Source: a virus. Taken from it: a DNA stretch of 64,000 nt. Under the pieces are notes generated by a model. The model was not told the origin of the DNA. It did no database searches and saw only the letters and a program-made list of their open reading frames with translations. Shown here piece by piece: positions 58,347 through 64,000 of the stretch. Each line of letters begins with the position of its first letter. Within the stretch, counting starts at the first letter, position 1. Both the position numbers and the translations under genes were made by a program. Location of the stretch: positions 22,891 to 86,890 of IMG/VR virus record IMGVR_UViG_3300000983_000001. One strand, written 5' to 3'.

Positions 58347-59585
58347 TTAACAAGGATCATTATACTTATCAACCACACTCTCATTATGATAACTAGCTAA
58401 AACTATTCTGCTTTCCCCTTCACCACTACCAATTCTAGTTACTTTTAGATCACAAATATTTTCTGGTGACACCCAAGAATTATTAAGCTGATAGAATCCT
58501 TTATTTTCTAAATGATCGAACCATTTTGTAGCTTCATAATCTTCTATTTGTTCCACAATTGATATTTCAGTAGTTTCATCAGACATAGGGTGCATCTTTC
58601 TGGCTTCTTCTTCACTCTCCACAACACAGACGAAACTATCATATTCTTCCCAAAGTTTATCACCTTTTTTGTAGTTTGGTCTTTGAACTAAGTATATAGA
58701 TTTACCTTTACCTATTAATTTTTGAAACATGTTATCAATATCTATAAAAGGTTTAATTGTATATTTCTCTGGTATACCAAGTGGTAAATCTTTGTCAATA
58801 TCATGATCCAAACCTTTCAAGAAATGTTCACCAAGTTTATTTAGAATCAACTCTAATTCTTCTTCTTTTAATTGAGTGTTTCTGGTTACACTTACAATTA
58901 TATCCTTAGCTTCATCTGTATTCCAAGCTTTCTCTAAGTATAATAGATAATAGCTGTTTTCAATATTGTATACATCTTTACATATAGATAACTTCTTTTT
59001 CTTATTTGTGTAGAAGTATCCCCATTCTGTATAGTTTCCATCATGTTCATCTCCCTCAAACTCAATATCACTTAAAGATAAATACTTTTTAACTGGATGA
59101 TTTTTCAACAATCTTAGACAATGTAGTATTTCATTCTTACATCTTGCGTACTTAGTTCTGGCTAAGTGTTTAATGACTTCGGGTAAAGTTTCTTCTCCTA
59201 CCTCTAAGTAATATCCATCTTTTGTGTAATATGTAATCTTAACTTTATGTCCGCCTATTTTACCAGAATATAGATTATCTGTAAGTGTGAGTTCTGAGAG
59301 TAAATCTTTTGTTGGTGTATCTAAAGATTGTAGATAATCTAATAGGTTATTGACATAACTTTCTCCAACTGTTATACCTTTTGAAATATCAATTGTTGTA
59401 TTAGTTGAGAGTATATCTAAGACCTCTTGACTATTCTTGTCTGATATGACTACATAATACTCGTCAAGGTTAAGTTCAGTAATACTCAACTGAACCCCAT
59501 TGATTTCACCATCAAACTCATAGTTATCAAATTGAGTTTCCTTATAAGGTAAGTCTGCGAAAGTTTTATATTTTTTACTTGGCAT
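58347..59585 (-). CDS. Multi-domain hypothetical protein (three divergent N-terminal repeats plus a C-terminal phage domain)
   Basis: Repeating 'DL...G......V.I.....YY..V.E....EV...L' units, then YDSFVCVVESEEEARKMHP. Confidence 0.65.
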   Translation of the reverse strand: MPSKKYKTFADLPYKETQFDNYEFDGEINGVQLSITELNLDEYYVVISDKNSQEVLDILSTNTTIDISKGITVGESYVNNLLDYLQSLDTPTKDLLSELTLTDNLYSGKIGGHKVKITYYTKDGYYLEVGEETLPEVIKHLARTKYARCKNEILHCLRLLKNHPVKKYLSLSDIEFEGDEHDGNYTEWGYFYTNKKKKLSICKDVYNIENSYYLLYLEKAWNTDEAKDIIVSVTRNTQLKEEELELILNKLGEHFLKGLDHDIDKDLPLGIPEKYTIKPFIDIDNMFQKLIGKGKSIYLVQRPNYKKGDKLWEEYDSFVCVVESEEEARKMHPMSDETTEISIVEQIEDYEATKWFDHLENKGFYQLNNSWVSPENICDLKVTRIGSGEGESRIVLASYHNESVVDKYNDPC

Positions 59586-59697
59586 AATAATATTGTTTTA
59601 TCCTGATTAACAATTGAACCTAATATAAAGTTTATTAATTAAACCTTATAAAAACTCATTTTTCCTTCTATTTGTTGGGTTGAGGTTAGATTAGTGA

Positions 59698-59922
59698 CTA
59701 CTCAAACACAATTTCACAACCTAAAGACTTCATGTAATCTATTAGACTACCTAAAACTAATTTAGATTTAGTATATACAACTCCATCTAAACTGATCTCA
59801 TTTAACTTTTCAACTATAATACTCTGAGTAGTATTTAATTTATTCCAATCTATTATAGAATATAAATAACTAGGTAGTAGAAATAAATTATTGTATCCAC
59901 TAAGAATAATAATCTTTCTCAT
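59698..59922 (-). CDS. Hypothetical protein
   Basis: 74-aa ORF. Confidence 0.5.
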   Translation of the reverse strand: MRKIIILSGYNNLFLLPSYLYSIIDWNKLNTTQSIIVEKLNEISLDGVVYTKSKLVLGSLIDYMKSLGCEIVFE

Positions 59923-59985
59923 GTCAATAAGTTTAGTTTATTAAATATTAAACCTGTTATAAATCGTTTGACCTACACTCAAATA

Positions 59986-60029
59986 AAACCAAATCAAGCA
60001 TACCGTTGATGGTACACCTGATTTAGTTT
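59986..60029 (-). terminator. 19-bp RNA hairpin downstream of the 60061..60579 gene
   Basis: AAACTAAATCAGGTGTACC-ATCAAC-GGTATGCTTGATTTGGTTT pairs fully only on the minus strand (G-U pairs). Confidence 0.65.
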
Positions 60030-60060
60030 AGTGGTTGTTGGATTACCTACTTAGGCTGTC

Positions 60061-60579
60061 TTAGCTGCTTTTTGTTTTGCTTGCTGCTGCTACTGCTTTA
60101 GCTTTCGCCTCTGCGTCTCCGTCAGTTGGTTCGGCAGTGTCATCTTCCGTAGCAGGATTAACACCAAGAGGAGATTTGTCAAAAGTATCTACTGCATTTA
60201 CATCCTCCGTAAACTCTGTGGAGTAATACAACATTTTTCCTGTTTTAAACTCTGGTTCAGGCATTGGTTTGTGACCTTCCCACTGTGGTTTGTAAGATTT
60301 GTGAGAAATGATTTTACCCACAATCTCAGAACCTTCCGACCAACCCTGCTGTTCTGCTAGATGTGCTAACAAAATACCACTATGTCTAATGTAAGCTTTA
60401 CGAGGTTTTTGTGGGATACCGTTTTTAAAGGTTAATGGAGATTCCACAATGATTTTACTCCAAACTTTAGGTTTACCTTCTGCATCCCGATATGGAGTGA
60501 TGAAAGTACCTTCCTCGCTGTTGATGATTTTAACAGTTGGTAAATAAGCTGCTGTTGTTTGACTTTGAATTGTTTGCAT
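60061..60579 (-). CDS. Hypothetical protein, probably highly expressed early gene
   Basis: 172 aa, higher GC than its neighbours, Ala/Lys-rich tail, with its own structured leader and downstream hairpin. Confidence 0.75.
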   Translation of the reverse strand: MQTIQSQTTAAYLPTVKIINSEEGTFITPYRDAEGKPKVWSKIIVESPLTFKNGIPQKPRKAYIRHSGILLAHLAEQQGWSEGSEIVGKIISHKSYKPQWEGHKPMPEPEFKTGKMLYYSTEFTEDVNAVDTFDKSPLGVNPATEDDTAEPTDGDAEAKAKAVAAASKTKSS

Positions 60580-60864
60580 AAAATTAAAATTGAAATGTTA
60601 AAGAAAAATATATACCCAAAATTGGTATGGGTATATAGTGAGTTAATTGTCAGGTATGATTAGAGTGTTATACCGTCAATGATGTAACACAAATCTAAGA
60701 TGTATTTCTACATTTAAATTTGTGCGACAAAAAATAAGTTATTGCTCAAAATGGGTCGGGGTGTTTTAAGTGGGGCAGGTTGGGGGGCAAGGATTAGTGT
60801 GGGTTTACGTTCCCGTAAATAACACCTAAAAAATTTTTTAAAAATAAATTTTGAATAACCCCAC

Positions 60865-60872
60865 TAATTTTG
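60865..60872 (+). promoter_or_regulatory. Bacteroidota-type -7 promoter element (TAnnTTTG)
   Basis: TAATTTTG ends 13 nt upstream of the ATG (60885) of the first GIY-YIG gene. No clear -33 element. Confidence 0.4.
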
Positions 60873-60884
60873 TATATTACCTGT

Positions 60885-61772
60885 ATGGAAAATAAAAACA
60901 AAGGTATTTATATAATACTGAACTTAGTGAATAATAAATCTTACATTGGTTCTACAGTTAACTTTAAAACCAGACGAAAACAACATCTTAGGGTTTTAAA
61001 AAGAAAAAAGCATCATAGCAGTCATCTTCAATACGCTTTTGATAAGTATGGAGAAGATAATTTTGTATTTGCGCCTATAGAATTTGTAGAAAACAAGGAA
61101 GATTTAATTACCAGAGAAACCTATTGGATAGAAGTTAGGAAATCTTTAGACAGAAATTTTGGTTATAACATGAGGTCGCCTGTTGATTCCCACCTCAATT
61201 TTAAATCAAGTCAGCAAGTACCTTGTTACCTCATATGTAAAAAAAGCAATAAGATACTGGTTAAAGTTGACTCTATTAACCTGGCTAAAGCTACAAAAGA
61301 AAACAATCCTGATATAAAAATAGTTAGAGTAAAATCTTATGATCCCAATTTTGATTATCGTTTGAAGAAGTATATACCAAAAGTTAAAAAAGTTAGAGCA
61401 AGTGGTTATGGTAAACCAATAGAATCTTTTGATTTAACCACATTAGAAACGGTGATTCAATACAAAAATTCTTATGAAGCAAGTTTAGTTTTAGGTTGTA
61501 CTAGAAAATCTTTAGGAAAAATTTTATGTGGAGAAAGGAAATCTTATAGAGGACTAGGTTACAGGTACTTAGCAAAATCTACAAAAGAAAAAAGAGAAAA
61601 AATGGGAATAAGTTGTTTTATAGTTTGCACTTCAACAAACAAAATAATTAAAAGAGTTCTCTCTAAAGCAGCAGCTAAAGCTTTTAAATCAGGTAACCAA
61701 CATAAAATGGTTACAGTCGTAGAATCTGAGTATGATCCAAATAAAGATTACAGACTAAAACAAAACAGATAG
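60885..61772 (+). CDS. Free-standing GIY-YIG homing endonuclease 1 (NUMOD1-like C-terminal modules)
   Basis: GIYIILNLVNNKSYIGST...R...H, ETYWI and FGYN. Start placed at MENKN (60885). Confidence 0.9.
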   Translation: MENKNKGIYIILNLVNNKSYIGSTVNFKTRRKQHLRVLKRKKHHSSHLQYAFDKYGEDNFVFAPIEFVENKEDLITRETYWIEVRKSLDRNFGYNMRSPVDSHLNFKSSQQVPCYLICKKSNKILVKVDSINLAKATKENNPDIKIVRVKSYDPNFDYRLKKYIPKVKKVRASGYGKPIESFDLTTLETVIQYKNSYEASLVLGCTRKSLGKILCGERKSYRGLGYRYLAKSTKEKREKMGISCFIVCTSTNKIIKRVLSKAAAKAFKSGNQHKMVTVVESEYDPNKDYRLKQNR

Positions 61773-61848
61773 CACTAAAACTATTTTGAATTAAACAAAA
61801 TTTATCTTAATTTGTTTGCTTATTAGATATATCATAAAACTAAAATCA

Positions 61849-62559
61849 ATGAGTAAAGATAAACAACAAGGTATCTATAAGATATTAAATACAGTTAATA
61901 ATAAAGTTTATATAGGTTCTACCAGTAATTTTGAAAGGAGGAAAAAGCAGCATAGAAAAGCTTTAGATGGTAATAAGCACAGAAACAAATATTTACAAAG
62001 TTCCTATAACAAGCATGGAAGAGATAATTTTGAAATTATTTTTATTGAATCAACGGAATTACCAAAACTATTTGAAAAAGAAACATATTGGATAAAACAT
62101 TTCAAATCTTTAGATTCAAAGTTTGGTTATAATGCATGTCTACCTAGTCAAATACCAGCAAATAGGTTTACAGGCTATTTAATTGAATCCTACGACAATA
62201 TTACAGGAGCGACTATAGAAGTGTACGAAAATATCTTAGATGCCTCACAGAAGCTTAAATTGAATCCTGAGAGTATTAGGAAAGTTCTATGTGAAGCAAG
62301 GAAACAAAATAAAGGTCACTATTTCCGTTATAAAGATGAGAGAAAAAGAAGAAAAGTAAGCTATGAAATTAAAAGTAAACTGTCTAAAAAATTTGGAAAA
62401 CCTTGCTATATTATATCAAACATAGATAATTCTATAATAGCAGAAGTACCATCTAAAGGTGCTGCAAGAAGATATAGAAGAAAAACTTATGGTAAAATGT
62501 TGATAGTTGAGGTAAGTAAATATAATTCTAGGGTAGATTATAGAAAGAAACCCAAATAA
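61849..62559 (+). CDS. Free-standing GIY-YIG homing endonuclease 2
   Basis: GIYKILNTVNNKVYIGST...R...H, ETYWI and FGYN. Start placed at MSKDK (61849). Confidence 0.9.
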   Translation: MSKDKQQGIYKILNTVNNKVYIGSTSNFERRKKQHRKALDGNKHRNKYLQSSYNKHGRDNFEIIFIESTELPKLFEKETYWIKHFKSLDSKFGYNACLPSQIPANRFTGYLIESYDNITGATIEVYENILDASQKLKLNPESIRKVLCEARKQNKGHYFRYKDERKRRKVSYEIKSKLSKKFGKPCYIISNIDNSIIAEVPSKGAARRYRRKTYGKMLIVEVSKYNSRVDYRKKPK

Positions 62560-62585
62560 ATCTTAGGTAGACTCATTTGGGTTTC
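62547..62585. terminator. Hairpin at the convergent junction
   Basis: GAAACCCAAAT / ATTTGGGTTTC perfect 11-bp inverted repeat. Confidence 0.55.
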
Positions 62586-62622
62586 ATATTTTATATACTT
62601 ATTTATCACTATGGGGGGTAGT

Positions 62623-63120
62623 TTAAGTTGGCGATCGGATTCTAGGTCGGCTTTCGCCTTGTGATCGGATTAACTTAGTATTATGTTTCTTTGCGTTATG
62701 AATTGACACCGAACAACAACCTTGAACTTCGCCCGTCACCTCTGTTGATAGAGTTATTATCAGGTTAGTAGCTTTATAGAGTTCTTGGATGTATGTTGGG
62801 TGTACTATCATATTTAGTAGTTTCTTTAATAAGTAAACAATAAACCTGAAAATAAGTTTTAATTTTTCTTTAAAATTTTCTGAATTTATATTAACAATGG
62901 AATAAAACAAAAGATAAAAACCCTCTTTTGGATCATACCTAGATTCAACCATTATTTTATCTCTATATAAAATATCTCCCAACTCTCTGTTATTTAAATA
63001 AAAGTCATCTAATATTTCTCCTAATATTTGTTTTATTCTTTCTTTTTCTGGTAAATTTTTAAACTTTAGTTTCTCTACGTACTTTTGATTTCTATAACTT
63101 TTTAATCCTCTCAGTTCCAT
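62623..63120 (-). CDS. Hypothetical protein; the last ~55 codons run through a compositionally distinct segment
   Basis: 165-aa ORF with an AT-rich first two thirds and a GC-richer tail. Confidence 0.55.
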   Translation of the reverse strand: MELRGLKSYRNQKYVEKLKFKNLPEKERIKQILGEILDDFYLNNRELGDILYRDKIMVESRYDPKEGFYLLFYSIVNINSENFKEKLKLIFRFIVYLLKKLLNMIVHPTYIQELYKATNLIITLSTEVTGEVQGCCSVSIHNAKKHNTKLIRSQGESRPRIRSPT

Positions 63121-63135
63121 AATATTATTTTTTTT

Positions 63136-63176
63136 AAAAAAGCTAATACCGAATTACTGATATTAGCTTTTATTTT
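63136..63176. terminator. Bidirectional-type terminator hairpin
   Basis: AAAAGCTAATA / TATTAGCTTTT with T/A runs on both sides. Confidence 0.65.
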
Positions 63177-63205
63177 AGGATTTAATTTACACCTTTTCTT
63201 TTAAC

Positions 63206-63829
63206 CTATTTTTTGATTTCCCAAACTTGTCTCCAAGTAGGTGTCATCTGGTAAAATTCTAAAATATGTTGAACTTCTCCTGCGGATTTATAATTAATGT
63301 ACCTTACTCCAATAACCCCTACACCTTCTATTTGAATAACTTCGGTTTCTTTGTTGTAATATTCGTATTGTACAATATCTTTAAAAATTAAAGTTTTAGC
63401 ACTACATAATTGATCTGATAACTTTCCTTCTGGTATATCATCTCGCCAATCTAGGTTATTTTGAGGTATTTGAAGTTTGTTAAGTTCTGCTACGATTTCT
63501 TTGGTTTTATCTACAACAGTGGTTACAGGCTCGTTTTTTGACCAAATAAATTTTTCATAGTGTTTTACTTGGTTTTCTCTCGGGTGCTTTTTGGGATACC
63601 TTGTAGCTGTCTTTTCATCTCCCATAATCAAATCTCTACGCTTATCTTTATTGGCTTCAAACTTCTCTTTAGAGACTAAATAGACAACACCCTCTTTTAC
63701 TCTAGGTATACCATCTTTGTCATTGCATTTAAGTTTGGGGTCTCTTTTTGGGTATGTTGTTGCAATACCGCCCGAGTTGATTATTGTTTCTGTGTCTCTT
63801 ACTGACACAACCTTACTTAGATTATACAT
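63206..63829 (-). CDS. Hypothetical protein
   Basis: 207-aa ORF with an A-rich leader. Confidence 0.7.
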   Translation of the reverse strand: MYNLSKVVSVRDTETIINSGGIATTYPKRDPKLKCNDKDGIPRVKEGVVYLVSKEKFEANKDKRRDLIMGDEKTATRYPKKHPRENQVKHYEKFIWSKNEPVTTVVDKTKEIVAELNKLQIPQNNLDWRDDIPEGKLSDQLCSAKTLIFKDIVQYEYYNKETEVIQIEGVGVIGVRYINYKSAGEVQHILEFYQMTPTWRQVWEIKK

Positions 63830-64000
63830 TCTTAATTGTTTTTCGTGAATATGTTATTAATAGTGCGACACTAAATTAAAGTAATTTTTTGATATATCCT
63901 AATTTCTTTTTAAGATTATATCAATAACTTGTTTTGCTGTCAAATCTTTTGGTTCGTCTCATTTTTCTTCAACTTTATATAATTCTTCTTCTGTTAGTAC

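Noticed and set aside
1-64000. Stop-codon reassignment (TAG or TGA), as known in some crAss-like phages
   Set aside because: Very long ORFs are uninterrupted under the standard code. TAG (e.g. 24462) and TGA (ATGA overlaps at 34185 and 45099) act as ordinary stops next to the following start.
63899-64000. In-frame TGA in the partial minus-strand ORF at the window edge (VLTEEELYKVEEK*DEPKDLTAKQVIDIILKRN*)
   Set aside because: It could be a Trp-to-stop mutation, but the gene start is outside the window and a normal gene end explains it equally well.

Overview
AT-rich (roughly 30% GC by eye) dsDNA phage genome segment with the organisation of a crAss-like / phi14:2-like podovirus (Crassvirales-type, probable Bacteroidota host). 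The standard genetic code fits. Positions 1-30.4 kb (+ strand) hold the end of the tail/fibre genes, a 1.6k-aa tail stabilisation ('muzzle'-type) protein, and four ejected/cargo proteins. One of these is a 4685-aa virion RNA polymerase (DFDID motif) that carries an internal nucleotidyltransferase-containing insertion and a C-terminal zincin domain. A lone M43 metallopeptidase follows. Positions 30.5-46.6 kb (- strand) hold a replication/counter-defence module: Tad2/DUF2829, GroES, DarG-like macrodomain, UvrD helicase, dNMP kinase, nucleases, primase, SSB, Sak4-like ATPase, DnaB, a PolA split at catalytic motif C by a 925-nt group I intron encoding a LAGLIDADG endonuclease, and an adenine methyltransferase. 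Positions 46.6-60.6 kb (- strand) hold many small early/accessory genes, a candidate novel structured RNA upstream of a degenerate DUF262-like gene, a truncated NADAR gene and an iteron-like 23-bp repeat. Positions 60.6-62.6 kb hold a structured leader, a G-run tract and two tandem GIY-YIG endonucleases on the opposite strand. All functional calls come from motif recognition by eye; no database search was run.
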